Of a DNA stretch of 64,000 nt, positions 21,928 to 32,321 are shown one piece after another (positions within the stretch are counted from its first letter, which is position 1; the number at the start of each line of letters is the position of its first letter). This DNA is from a bacterium (GTDB lineage Bacteria; Patescibacteriota; UBA1384; CAILIB01), in NCBI GenBank assembly GCA_037131105.1, contig JBAXRQ010000001.1:701465-765464 (forward strand). The letters are read 5' to 3'. Position numbers and translations under genes: made by a program. The notes under the pieces are model-generated. The model was not told where the DNA came from, did no database searches, and saw only the letters and a list, made by a program, of their open reading frames with translations.

Positions 21928-23676
21928 TTACCAGCTTCCGCCGCCTCCTCCGCCTCCACCCCCGCCCGAGAATCCGCCCCCGCCGGAACTGGCTGGCGAG
22001 GTAGCCGCTGCCATCTGGCTGGAAATCGAGTCGAGACTACTGGCAAACGAGTCAAACCCTCCTACTCCCCCGCTGGCCAGATACCAGGCCGGCATCATGC
22101 TCGTATAGCGATCCCCGTAGATCGACTTGATAGCGGCGATCCAGAGCCCGGTCATGCCGAAGGCGATAGCATAGGGTAGGTATTTCTCGAAGATATGCTC
22201 CTTCTCATAGAACTCCATCCGGTACTTCTCAGCTTTGCTCAGATAGAGCTTAAAGCCCTTTGTCTGGTATTCAAGATCCGCCCCCAGAGGGGTACGCCGA
22301 GGCATCAGGTAGGCAAACGCCAAAGCCGCCAACCCAGAGAGCACGCAGGCAATGATTGCCCAGACATCGAGATAGATCGAGGCAAGGTACGCAAGAAGGA
22401 AGGAGCCGATTAGCCCACCAGCGCCCCACAATATGGCAATGACCTGGCTCTGTCGGTCAAAGATCTTGCGATCAGTCATATTTTTGGAAACCAGCGAGAT
22501 AATACGCGGTCTAGCAGGTGAAAGGGTGGTCCGCAGACCCGAAAGGTTGGTAGTATCGCCCGTACCGTCAGCCGGGAATACTCCCCGCAGCACTTCCTGC
22601 TCATAAGCCGAAAGGTCGGCTGAGGACTTGGCCGTACGGGCAAGGGTCCAGTCCTTACCGGCAGTGAACCCAAGGATCTTCTTGCCTTCGACCTCCTGGA
22701 TGGTTAGGTAGCCCCGCACCGCCATATCGATAATGGTGGCGGTGACGAAACGATTGTTAACCGAACCCCCGCTGTCGATTGCGGCCAGCTCCAAAGGCAG
22801 CAGCTTTTGTGGTGGAGCATACTCGACCATAACCGGCCCCCGTGGACGCGGGTCCCTACCAAAACGGCGCCAGATTAAATACCCGATCATGAGGGTCATA
22901 AGTGGAAAAGCAAACACCAGGATATCCTGGTAACGCTGCCAGAAACTTGGCGTATAGAGCGTAATGATTCCCGTAGGAAATACCATTCTGGCAGTAATAC
23001 CATCACCGGAATACAGCGTGGTATTGGACTCTATACGAAAGGTGTCAGAAGCCGGCCAGCTGCTCCCCGCCAGGGTATTTCCCTTAGCGCCGGGCTGGCC
23101 GCTAGTGAGAGTCAGTGTCGTAGTAGCGTGTGTAAGACCCTTGGGCAGAACTACTGTAGCGAGATAGTGCTCGATGGGCAGCTGCCAGAAGGATCCATTC
23201 AGGTTCCAGTAGAACTCTACCTTATCGTTACTTGCCACATTTACGGCATTGGCAACCAGGTATTTTATACGGTACTGGTGCACGCCCTGGATAGTCACAT
23301 CGGCATCCCCGATCTTCCAAGTCAGTGTATGATCGGTACCCTTATGAATCGTCGTATAAGGTACGCTGTTGCCAGCAAAGTCAGTGATCGACTGCAAGGT
23401 GATCGGGGTACCCGTATACTGGCCGCTAGGGCGCGATGCCCGGGTGGGAAGAATCCGAAAAATACCATGCTTGTCAGGCAGAGCACCGCAGTCAGCCGTA
23501 ATGTCTTCAGTCACAGCCAAGGATGCGTCCAAGCGCACGGTGAACAGGCTTTGGAAGTCACGTATAACGCAGTCCCTCGTCTGGTCTGGAGAAAGGGCGG
23601 TCTGACTGGCTGCCAGGACAGAGGCAGGTGCCAGTAGTAGCATGAGGCCACCGAGAAATACTAAGTGCTTTTTCAT
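21928..23676 (-). CDS. DUF2207 family membrane protein
   Basis: Signal peptide, HGIFR, FYWN, GRDP, YLPYAIAFG and the GGGFSGGGGGGGGGGSW terminus. Confidence 0.9.
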   Translation of the reverse strand: MKKHLVFLGGLMLLLAPASVLAASQTALSPDQTRDCVIRDFQSLFTVRLDASLAVTEDITADCGALPDKHGIFRILPTRASRPSGQYTGTPITLQSITDFAGNSVPYTTIHKGTDHTLTWKIGDADVTIQGVHQYRIKYLVANAVNVASNDKVEFYWNLNGSFWQLPIEHYLATVVLPKGLTHATTTLTLTSGQPGAKGNTLAGSSWPASDTFRIESNTTLYSGDGITARMVFPTGIITLYTPSFWQRYQDILVFAFPLMTLMIGYLIWRRFGRDPRPRGPVMVEYAPPQKLLPLELAAIDSGGSVNNRFVTATIIDMAVRGYLTIQEVEGKKILGFTAGKDWTLARTAKSSADLSAYEQEVLRGVFPADGTGDTTNLSGLRTTLSPARPRIISLVSKNMTDRKIFDRQSQVIAILWGAGGLIGSFLLAYLASIYLDVWAIIACVLSGLAALAFAYLMPRRTPLGADLEYQTKGFKLYLSKAEKYRMEFYEKEHIFEKYLPYAIAFGMTGLWIAAIKSIYGDRYTSMMPAWYLASGGVGGFDSFASSLDSISSQMAAATSPASSGGGGFSGGGGGGGGGGSW

Positions 23677-23697
23677 AGGCTCATTCTATAGCATTCC

Positions 23698-24468
23698 TTA
23701 GCCACCCACCAGCGAGCGGAGTGGTTGCCCGATCTGAGTCTGCAGGTAGTCATAGATAAGCTGGCAGGCCTCCTCCTCGACATCGGCTCCCACATTCAAG
23801 CGCTCCGCTACAAAGCGCGGCTCGGCCAGCTGCCTCAGGACCACAATGGCGCGCGGCTGCGCGACTATCCGGCCCTGCCGACCAGACTGCTCATACCCCT
23901 CTTTGGACAGTACACCACCCAACTGGCTGTTCCAGGCCACGAATTCCTCTTGGATCGGCTGCTCAGTGACCAGACAGGCCCGCAGCTCCGGCCGGTATCC
24001 CAGCTCCACCAAGGCCTTTAGCAGAAACTCGGCTGCGACCAGTTTTGCCAAAGTAGTCGTTTCCTTGCTTTCGCACAGCGCCCGCAGACGGTCCAGGGTA
24101 TATGCCAGTCCGTCATATACCTCGGGATGCGGCTCCAGATCGGTAAAGAGCCGGTTGATAGCCTCGGAAAGCAGCGCAGCTTGGCGTGAGAAGGCAATGG
24201 CGTCAGCCGGATAGGTGCCGGCCTGGGAACTTACGCCGATGACCTGGGCCTGCACTACCAGAAAGAACCCTCCGCTGCTTTCAATAAGCTCGAGCTGGGT
24301 AGGTAGATACTCCAGCAGATGGCCGGTCAGACGACTGGTCGGTTTGCGCACCCCCTTGGCCCGCGCCCGCAGCTTGCCCAGCTCGCGGGTAAACAATAGG
24401 AAGAGACGATCGGCGTCAAAGACGTCGGTGGTATCGAGAATAATCGCCTCGGTCTTAACCTGTTTCAT
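23698..24468 (-). CDS. recO: DNA repair protein RecO
   Basis: TEAIIL, ADR, TRELGK, AKGVRKP.SRL and LGYRP motifs; start at MKQVK. Confidence 0.9.
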   Translation of the reverse strand: MKQVKTEAIILDTTDVFDADRLFLLFTRELGKLRARAKGVRKPTSRLTGHLLEYLPTQLELIESSGGFFLVVQAQVIGVSSQAGTYPADAIAFSRQAALLSEAINRLFTDLEPHPEVYDGLAYTLDRLRALCESKETTTLAKLVAAEFLLKALVELGYRPELRACLVTEQPIQEEFVAWNSQLGGVLSKEGYEQSGRQGRIVAQPRAIVVLRQLAEPRFVAERLNVGADVEEEACQLIYDYLQTQIGQPLRSLVGG

Positions 24469-24481
24469 GGAAAGGATTGCG

Positions 24482-25417
24482 TCAGAACTGGCACTTTGGG
24501 CAAAAATGACTAGATCTTCCTCCGATTTTCTTCCGCTCAATAGTTCCCACTAGACAGCGGTTGCAGAGCTGGCCTTGGCGATGGTAAACATTGGCGACCT
24601 TCAGAAAGGTCCCCTTTTCCCCCACTGCGTTCACATAATCCCGCGAACTGGAACCTCCGTGCCTCAGGGCGACCTCCAGCGTCTCCTGGATGGCATCGAA
24701 CAGATTTCTGACCTCGCCACTCTTCAATGACCCAGTCAGGCGATCAGGCAGGATGGCAGCACGAAACAAACTTTCATCAGCATAGATATTTCCCAGGCCG
24801 GCGATATTGGTCTGGTCCAGCAAAAATGATTTGATAGGCTGCTTGGGATGTTTGTTAAGGCGTTCGGCTAGATAGTCCCTCGTGAATCCACCTTCTAGTG
24901 GCTCGGGACCCAGACTCTGTAAAAAGGGAAGGTCACTGAGAGTATGGGCGGGAAGCACCTGAAGGCGGCCGAACTTACGCAGGTCATTGAAATAGAGGGT
25001 CGACCCGTCATCAAACCGTAGAATCACATGGGTATGCTTGTGGGGCAACGGTTCCAGGTACGCCTTTTCGGGGTGTCCTCCCACTACGGCACCGTCATCC
25101 TCATCATCGTCGTCTGATGCCTCAAACTCCAGCTCGGCATTGTCCACGTCATCTTCAACTTCAACCTGCTTTTCAGCCGGCTTCCATATGAGCTGTCCGG
25201 TCATCTTCAGATGGATGGTAAGCACCGAGTCTCCCTGGAACCTGAAAGCCAGCAACTTCCCCTGCCGGGCGATGCCTGCAATCGGGAGGTCGTAGACATC
25301 CTCGGGATTTCCCACAAACAGTTTTGGCGCCCGCACCTCAACGGCCACTATGCTTTTTTCCAGTAGACGGCTTTCCAGTCCCTTGCGAATAGTCTCAACC
25401 TCAGGTAGCTCTGGCAT
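24482..25417 (-). CDS. mutM: Formamidopyrimidine-DNA glycosylase MutM/Fpg
   Basis: MPELPEVET, HLKMTG, D.RKFG, LLDQ..IAGLGNIYADE, C-terminal C4 zinc finger. Confidence 0.97.
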   Translation of the reverse strand: MPELPEVETIRKGLESRLLEKSIVAVEVRAPKLFVGNPEDVYDLPIAGIARQGKLLAFRFQGDSVLTIHLKMTGQLIWKPAEKQVEVEDDVDNAELEFEASDDDDEDDGAVVGGHPEKAYLEPLPHKHTHVILRFDDGSTLYFNDLRKFGRLQVLPAHTLSDLPFLQSLGPEPLEGGFTRDYLAERLNKHPKQPIKSFLLDQTNIAGLGNIYADESLFRAAILPDRLTGSLKSGEVRNLFDAIQETLEVALRHGGSSSRDYVNAVGEKGTFLKVANVYHRQGQLCNRCLVGTIERKKIGGRSSHFCPKCQF

Positions 25418-25420
25418 GAC

Positions 25421-26440
25421 TTAACTTAGGTATTTTTTGGCATCCTTGAAGTGGACAACTGCTTGCAAGACCTCGGCCAGCTTGGCTGGGTGATGGCGGA
25501 TAAGGGTGCGCTGCCGCTGCAGCGGATCCGCTTTGCTTACTGACGTCACCGGACGGGTATTAAGCAGAGGAGTTCCGATCAGCTGGTAGGAAAGACCATC
25601 CTTCCTCCTTCGGTCCAGTCGCACCGGCATTCGCTCCATCTCCTTCTTGTATCGCTCAAGCAAGTGGGCGCTTGGCACCCTCGTGTTATAGACTACGTAG
25701 TCAATCTCCCCCTCACCCAGGTAGGGCACCAGGGCCTCGACAAAGTCCTGTACATAAAAAGCGCCTGCCTGGCCTTTTTCAGTCATAAGGTTCGCCACGT
25801 ATACTAGGGGCGCTTTGGTCGTGGCAAGCGCCTCTCGCATTCCTTTGACCAGAAGGTTGGGTATCAGGCTGGTATAGAGGCTGCCAGGTGCTAGGACCAC
25901 CAGATCAGCCTTTAGGATGGCCTGCCGTGCCAGAGGGTGGATTTCACACTCAGGCTCCAGCCAGAGCCTTTGTATGCCAGCCCGCTCAGCCCAGATATGC
26001 TCGTCTATGTCATGCTGACCCTTCACTGTCTTACCCTGCACGGTCTCTGCCATGAGATGCACCTTGTCGGTGGTAACCGGAATGACGCTCCCTTGTACTC
26101 GCAGGATATGCCCCGCCTCGAGTACCGCTTGGTCAAAGCTGCCAGTAAGCTTTTCCAGGGCACCAAGCAGCAGGTTTCCGAAGGTGTGCCCCTTCAACCC
26201 ACCTTCTTCAAACCGGTAGCTCAGCAACTCCCGCATGATAGTTGCATCGTCTGAAAGGGCCACCAGGGCCTGGCGGATATCTCCGGGAGGCAGTATACCG
26301 AGCTCGTCACGCAGCACACCGGTGGATCCACCGTTATCTGCCGTTGAGACAATGGCGGAAAGGTCACAAGCGTACTCACGCAGGCCGGTAAGGACCGTGA
26401 AGGTCCCCGTGCCACCGCCGATGACCACAATCTGCTTCAT
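25421..26440 (-). CDS. yvcK: YvcK/GlmR (UPF0052, CofD-like) protein
   Basis: IGGGTG, DNGGSTG.LR, PPGDIR, GHTFGNL, PGSLYTS and RH motifs. Confidence 0.9.
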   Translation of the reverse strand: MKQIVVIGGGTGTFTVLTGLREYACDLSAIVSTADNGGSTGVLRDELGILPPGDIRQALVALSDDATIMRELLSYRFEEGGLKGHTFGNLLLGALEKLTGSFDQAVLEAGHILRVQGSVIPVTTDKVHLMAETVQGKTVKGQHDIDEHIWAERAGIQRLWLEPECEIHPLARQAILKADLVVLAPGSLYTSLIPNLLVKGMREALATTKAPLVYVANLMTEKGQAGAFYVQDFVEALVPYLGEGEIDYVVYNTRVPSAHLLERYKKEMERMPVRLDRRRKDGLSYQLIGTPLLNTRPVTSVSKADPLQRQRTLIRHHPAKLAEVLQAVVHFKDAKKYLS

Positions 26441-26555
26441 GGCTACTGGAGTTAGATATCCTTATCAGCTTCCAGCATATCAGAAACGCCGGTTGTTTTT
26501 TACCGGTTGTTTGCTAGGATAAGGATATATCGACCATCGTTACTAACTCCCACGA

Positions 26556-26909
26556 ATGAGCGCTCCAGCCAATCCTACCTCCCCCCAGTACTGGCGCTCA
26601 CTCATTAACCAAAGCGCAATTCGTTTTTTTATTCTTAGGGCGCTGTGGGATAAGGACTCGTATGGTTACATTCTCTCAAAGCAGATCGAGGAGTTGTCCT
26701 GGGGCTTCTGCACTCCGACCGAAAGCACATTGTATCCTGCCCTGAACGAGCTCGAGAAGCGCGGCCTGATCCGCAGCGCTGCTATCAACGCCAACTCCCG
26801 CACCCGCAAGGTCTACCACATCACCGATTCCGGAAAGCTGGCCTTCAGGACCGCCGCCAAGACCTGGGGCGAGATCATACCCGCCCTTCGACAGAGTACC
26901 ACACTGTAA
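26556..26909 (+). CDS. PadR-family transcriptional regulator
   Basis: YGY.L, TLYPALNELEKRGLI and RKVYHITDSG motifs. Confidence 0.9.
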   Translation: MSAPANPTSPQYWRSLINQSAIRFFILRALWDKDSYGYILSKQIEELSWGFCTPTESTLYPALNELEKRGLIRSAAINANSRTRKVYHITDSGKLAFRTAAKTWGEIIPALRQSTTL

Positions 26910-26922
26910 GGACGGATCATCT

Positions 26923-26956
26923 AAAAAGCGCCGATCCCTGGGGATCCGCGCTTTTT
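26923..26956. terminator. Bidirectional intrinsic terminator
   Basis: AAAAAGCGCCGATCCC..GGGATCCGCGCTTTTT between convergent genes. Confidence 0.75.
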
Positions 26957-26965
26957 GATTGGTGG

Positions 26966-27139
26966 TCATCCGAGATAGGCTTGGCTGGCCTGTTCGGAGA
27001 TCTGAGAAGCCTCGACGGCATCCCGGATCAGGTAGTGTAGATCTTGCACGTTGCAATCAAGGAACTTACATATTTCGTCTGCCGAAAGCCCCCGTGAGAC
27101 CATGTGCTTCAATCGCAATATTGTCCAGTAGCGTTCCAT
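26966..27139 (-). CDS. Small helix-turn-helix protein, putative
   Basis: GGAGGAG RBS before MERYW; GLSADEICKFLDCNVQDLHYLIR fits an HTH pattern. Confidence 0.5.
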   Translation of the reverse strand: MERYWTILRLKHMVSRGLSADEICKFLDCNVQDLHYLIRDAVEASQISEQASQAYLG

Positions 27140-27147
27140 AACTCCTC

Positions 27148-27405
27148 CTACATACACTGTACCTCGCCGCTTTTTAGAAACTTGATACTATGTCCAAACG
27201 GGACCTTAGTCAGACTTTCATCTCTACCAGATCCTCTCACCATGATGATACCTGAGCTTGGGGTGCCCACGAACAGATGTGGCTGCGAGCCATCGTATCG
27301 TAATCCTTCCTTATGAAACGGCCAGATGTTCCATCCATGAGCAGATGCGAGCAACTCAGTGTAGGTTATCAGCACGTGGCTGACATCAGCTTTTAAGTTC
27401 AGCAT
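27148..27405 (-). CDS. Hypothetical protein (85 aa)
   Basis: GGAGGT RBS; TTGACT upstream; no family recognised. Confidence 0.5.
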   Translation of the reverse strand: MLNLKADVSHVLITYTELLASAHGWNIWPFHKEGLRYDGSQPHLFVGTPSSGIIMVRGSGRDESLTKVPFGHSIKFLKSGEVQCM

Positions 27406-27535
27406 ACAACATCAACCTCCTCTGTTTTCTAGGCTAATGCTGTACCGTACACCTATATAAGTCAAGGTTCTGTAATCTAGCATACACAAAAACAGGCTCT
27501 TATAGCCTGTCTCGTGTCTTTGTAAGAGTGCTTAG

Positions 27536-27653
27536 TCTTGGCGGCGACCTACTTTCCCAGGTCCTTGCGGTCCAAGTATCATCGGCGCTGACGGTCTTCG
27601 CTTCCGTGTTCGGAAAGGGAACGGGCGGTACCCCGTCGCACATACCACCAAGA
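27536..27653 (-). rRNA. rrf: 5S rRNA
   Basis: Reverse complement has the terminal helix UCUUGGUGG/CCGCCAAGA, CCGAACACGGAAG, GCCGAUGAUA and GAAAGUAGGU. Confidence 0.95.
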
Positions 27654-28190
27654 CAAAGCACTCTTTACTATCCACACAATTGTGCCGATAGTGTCGGGCG
27701 AATAGCCATCCGGACACCGACAAACCAAGCCGAAGCTCGAATTATCGATGCCGGACAGCATCCACCGCAGATTTTGAAGGCGTTCAGCAAAAGCCAAACA
27801 TTGCCATCACGGCCTGAGCCGTGATCTGGCCATCCCTGCAACCAGGGAAGTTAATTCCAGAAATTACCCGTCACCCTGACGACAGGATGCACCTCTTGCG
27901 AGGTATCTCCTGTCACCATAGGAGTAAAAGTATATGATCAATTAGTACTCCACGGCTGAAACTGTTGCCAGTCTTACACCTAGAGCCTATCAAGGTCGTT
28001 ATCTACAACCGATCTAGAAATCTAATCTTGTGGCCGGCTTCCCGCTTATATGCTTTCAGCGGTTATCCGAACCTAACGTAGCTACCCTGCACTGCCGTTG
28101 GTACGACAACAGGCACACCAGAGGTTAGTCCCCCTCGGTCCTCTCGTACTAGAGGGAGGCCCACTCAAATTTCCGCGCCCACAGAAGATT

Positions 28191-28242
<52 letters not shown>

Positions 28243-28255
28243 TGGCGAACAGCCA

Positions 28256-28286
<31 letters not shown>

Positions 28287-28302
28287 CGACGAGCCGACAT
28301 CG

Positions 28303-28636
28303 TACTATTTTCCAGGATTTCGCCTGGCGCAGACTATATCTTGTTCCTACACTTCGATGGTAGGCCTTCATAAGACACCGTACATAAGTGTCTAAGCCAA
28401 TGATCGTAAGTTTTTGCTGTAGGACTCGGCGTGTTAGCTCTCTAAAAGAAGAAAGCTCTGCTCTTTCGAGCAAGTCGTTACGGGGTCATGCCTCTTGCGA
28501 GACAGACTTCCCACGGTATCGCCCTTGTGCCATAGATAGCGTTTTATCCACGTCTATCTTATGGTCAGTCGGGATTCACCGTTATAAGCCGAATTTTTGG
28601 TATAGGATTACTCCTAAAGCACCCCAATGTTAAATT
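28303..28636 (-). mobile_element. ORF-less group I intron at 23S position 2500 (IA-like, P7.1/P7.2), terminal A
   Basis: Splits GGCACCU^CGAUGUC. IGS ACAUUGGGGUGC forms P1 and P10. R element GUAACGACU, S element AAGAUAUAGUC, P9 CCAGG/CCUGG. Confidence 0.92.
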
Positions 28637-28679
28637 AGGTGCCAAACCGCGCCGTCGCTGTGGACGCTTGGGCGCGATC

Positions 28680-28710
<31 letters not shown>

Positions 28711-29164
28711 ATGATCGACGCGAATCTCACACTAACGCGTCGGTTCACTACTGCCTACTTTCGTATCTGCTCGGATCGTAGTCCTTACAGTCAAGCTAGC
28801 TTCTGCAGTTGCACTTTGAAGCCTGATTTCCATCCAGGCTAAGCTAACCTTTGCACGCCTCCGTTACCATTTAGGAGGCAACCGTCCCAGTTAAACTACC
28901 CATCAGACACTGTCCTCAGGTCATTACCCTAAGTTAGTATACGTCAAATACAAGAGAGGTATTTCACATTGCGTCTCCACCTCACCCGAAGGCAAGGCTT
29001 CAAAGACTCCCTCTTATGCTACGCATGCATACAACATATACAATGCCAAACTATAGTAAAGCTCCACGGGGTCTTTCCGTCTTTCTGTGGGTAAACGGCA
29101 TCTTTACCGCTATTGGAATTTCACCGATGTCCTCGTTGAGACAGTGTTCAAAACCGTTATGCCA

Positions 29165-29206
<42 letters not shown>

Positions 29207-29217
29207 ATAGGACCGTT

Positions 29218-29932
29218 CATCAATGTTACGCACAATTGCTTGTGGGCCAGTTATTTCTAACTGACACTGCATGTCGCCATGCAGATCGGACTATATCATC
29301 TCAAGCCTGGCTTGAGTTCGGCGTGTAGTCTCTGAGGATTCCAATCGAAACGAATTTAAGATTTCACCCGAAGTAAACTTGCGTTTGCCTCCGGCATTCA
29401 TGGACTCTCTAGCTTCTAATAACCGCTGCAGTCCCGCTTTGGTTAAATGAGTTTTAGAAAACACCATGTCCGCGATAATGCTGAACACTTCAAAGTCTTT
29501 TCGCTTTTTAGTCTTAAGAGAATACGTTTTAAAGAAGGGAATGATGATATCTCTCAGATCTGTAAAATTACAGACTTCGAAATATCCTACTCCGTCCTTG
29601 CGGAAACGAATTGTCCCACATTCCAAAGTCTCTTGCAGCATCCGAAGGATGTTACCGTCCTTTTGGGATATGTTGAATGACAATCCAACTTTCCACCCTA
29701 TTCCATATGACCGTTTGCGAAAGGAAACATTGAAGCTTCCTTCACCATCAGTAAAACCGACAATATACCAAGCCATATCGGCCGATATCTTTGCAAAACG
29801 CTCAATTGGCCTTTCCTGCTGATTGTCTGCACTTAACGCGTTATCACTGTCATCCATAAATGAATGTTAGTAGCGTAAGATACTCAGATGTTCCAGCAAA
29901 TAGCCAAATTTTATAACTACAATGGTCAGTTC
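29218..29932 (-). mobile_element. Group I intron at 23S position 1917 carrying a homing endonuclease
   Basis: Splits GUAACUAU^AACGGUCC. IGS GUAGUUA pairs the 5' exon. Q AAUCAGCAGG, R UCAGAGACUA, S GAUAUAGUCC; terminal G at 29218. Confidence 0.93.
29291..29857 (-). CDS. Single-motif LAGLIDADG homing endonuclease
   Basis: WYIVGFTDGEGSF motif, F.ISQKD, IIPFF..Y.L.TKK..DF; AT-rich; lies inside the L1917 intron. Confidence 0.93.
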   Translation of the reverse strand: MDDSDNALSADNQQERPIERFAKISADMAWYIVGFTDGEGSFNVSFRKRSYGIGWKVGLSFNISQKDGNILRMLQETLECGTIRFRKDGVGYFEVCNFTDLRDIIIPFFKTYSLKTKKRKDFEVFSIIADMVFSKTHLTKAGLQRLLEARESMNAGGKRKFTSGEILNSFRLESSETTRRTQARLEMI

Positions 29933-31275
29933 ATAGTTACGGCCGCCATTCACCCGGGCTTCGGATCAAGCCTTGATGTTATCTCAGCTCTCCCCTTAAC
30001 CTTCGGGCATTGGGCAGGCATCACCCCCTATACATCCTCTTGCGAGTTAGCAGGGAGCTAAGTTTTTGCTAAACAGTCGTTTGAACTCTTTTACTGTGGA
30101 TCAGCTTGCGCTGATCAGTCCTTATCCCGAAGTTACGGACGTTGTTTTGCCGAGTTCCTTAACGAGGATTCTATCGATCACCTTAGTCTACTCGACTCAC
30201 CCACCTGCGTCGGTTTGCGGTACGGATCTGTGCCTTAAGTCTCGGACCCTTTTCTAGTCACCTTCGCCCCCACTGTGAACATATCCATAGCACACAGTGA
30301 GCTAAAAAATGCGTCAGGCCGGACATACAACACAAAGTTCAGGAATATTAACCTGATGTCCATCGACTTCCCCCTTCGGGTACGCCTTAGGACCGACTAA
30401 CCCAGGGACGATTAGCGTTGCCCTGGAAACCTTGGGTATGCGGTGGGCAGGTTTTTCACCTGCCAAATTCGTTACTCATGCCAACATTCTCACTTCTGTA
30501 CGCTCCACGTCGGTTTCCACCTTCGCTTCACTGCATACAGAACGCTCCTCTACCGACAGTCATTGACGAATCAACAACTGCCCCGCGTCTTCGGCACAAT
30601 GCTTAGCCCCGTTAAATTTTCGGCGCATGACTTCTTAAATAGATCAGTGAGCTGTTACGCACTCTTTAACTGATGGCTGCTTCTAAGCCAACAGACTGAC
30701 TGTCTTGGAAATCACACAACCTTTTCCACTTAGCATTGATTTAGGGGCCTTAGACGGCGATCTGGGTTCTTTCCCTTTTGACTATGAAGCTTAGCCCCCA
30801 CAGTCTGACTCTGTAACTCAAAGCTGGTCAGAATTCGGAGTTTGGTTGGGTGCAAGAGGCGAACCCCCTACGACCCATTCAGTATCTCTACCTCTGCCAG
30901 AAGCATTACAGGCTATACCTAAATATATTTCGAGGAGAACCAGCTATCTCCCGGTTCGATTGCTATTTTAGCTCTTACCACAAGTCATCCCGCAGCTTTG
31001 CAACGCTGCCGAGTTCGGTCCTCCCGCCCCTTTTACGGAGCGTTCAACCTGCTCATGGCAAGCTCACCGGGTTTCGGGTCTAGTGGCACGGACTACATCG
31101 CCCTATTCGGACTCGCTTTCGCTACGCCTCCAGGATAAACCCCTTAGGCTTGCCCGTACCAGCTAACTCGTTGGCGCATTCTACAAAAGGCACGCCGTCA
31201 CCCGTCCGAAGACAGGCTCCGACCTCTTGGAAGCAAACATGGTTTCAGTACTATTTCACTCCCCTCACCGGGGTG

Positions 31276-31312
<37 letters not shown>

Positions 31313-32203
31313 ATCTTGCAATGTATTTAGCCTTGGAGAGTGATCTCCCCAGATTCCCACCGGATTTCACGTGTCCAGTGGTACTCAGGTACCGTATCAA
31401 GGAGTCTAATGTATTTCGCTTACCGGGCTCTCACCGTCTATGGCCGTCCGTTCCAGGCTCATTCAGCTATACAAAAGATTTCTTACTCCTCGGGATATCC
31501 CCATACGGCCCTACAACCCCGCTATGATAAATCATGCGGTTTGGGCTGTTCCGCGTTCGCTCGCCACTACTAACGGAATCTCGTTGATTTCTATTCCTCG
31601 TGGTACTTAGATGTTTCAGTTCCCACGCTTACCATCACTACGGATTCGCACCGTAATGTACACCTTAAAGGTGTGGGTTACCCCATTCGGAAATGTCCGG
31701 ATCAAAGCTCTGTTGCCAGCTCCCCGAACCTTATCGCAGGCTCATACGTCCTTCATCGGCATTGCAAGTCAAGGCATCCACCATGTGCTCGTAACGTACC
31801 TTTCTCCTTGAAACATGTCATTGCTGACACATTTCAGGTGACGGGTAATTTCTAGAATAAACTAGGAATCACTCCGCTACTCTCCACACTTTGCAAAGTG
31901 TGGGGCATGAGTAATTTCTGGAAACACATGCATCTCTGCATGCACCCCCGACATTGCTGCCAGAGGATTTTGCCGTTTTACCTTCAAAATCTGATTGTCA
32001 AAGAAATCGATACTTCCGAACTTGCGTCCGGACAACCAGCTCAGAGTGACTCTGAAACGGCATGTCCGCCTGCAAACAAATAAAAAAGAGCGACGAGGTA
32101 GTTGGTATGTACGTACGTTCGCTCGCGAGAGTGGGCCGTTGCTCACTCGATGTCATGATAGCGCACCTGAACGGTGCCTAGAGCATTTCCTGCGTGCCTA
32201 CTT

Positions 32204-32232
32204 TTTATATCACTACCAGGAGAGGGTGTCAA
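32204..32232 (-). promoter_or_regulatory. sigma70 promoter of the 23S-5S unit
   Basis: TTGACA, 17 bp, TATAAA with a TG extension; boxA-like TTCTTTGACA at 31996-32005. Confidence 0.75.
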
Positions 32233-32321
32233 CACTTTTGCAGATAAAAGAAAAACGCCCAACGGATATAGGGTCCGTGGACGTAATTCAGATCTGTTCT
32301 GGGAGCTGGTTTGGCGGACAA

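Noticed and set aside
21908-22000. Poly-proline ORF / GC-rich microsatellite
   Set aside because: Antisense of the normal poly-Gly tail of the DUF2207 protein.
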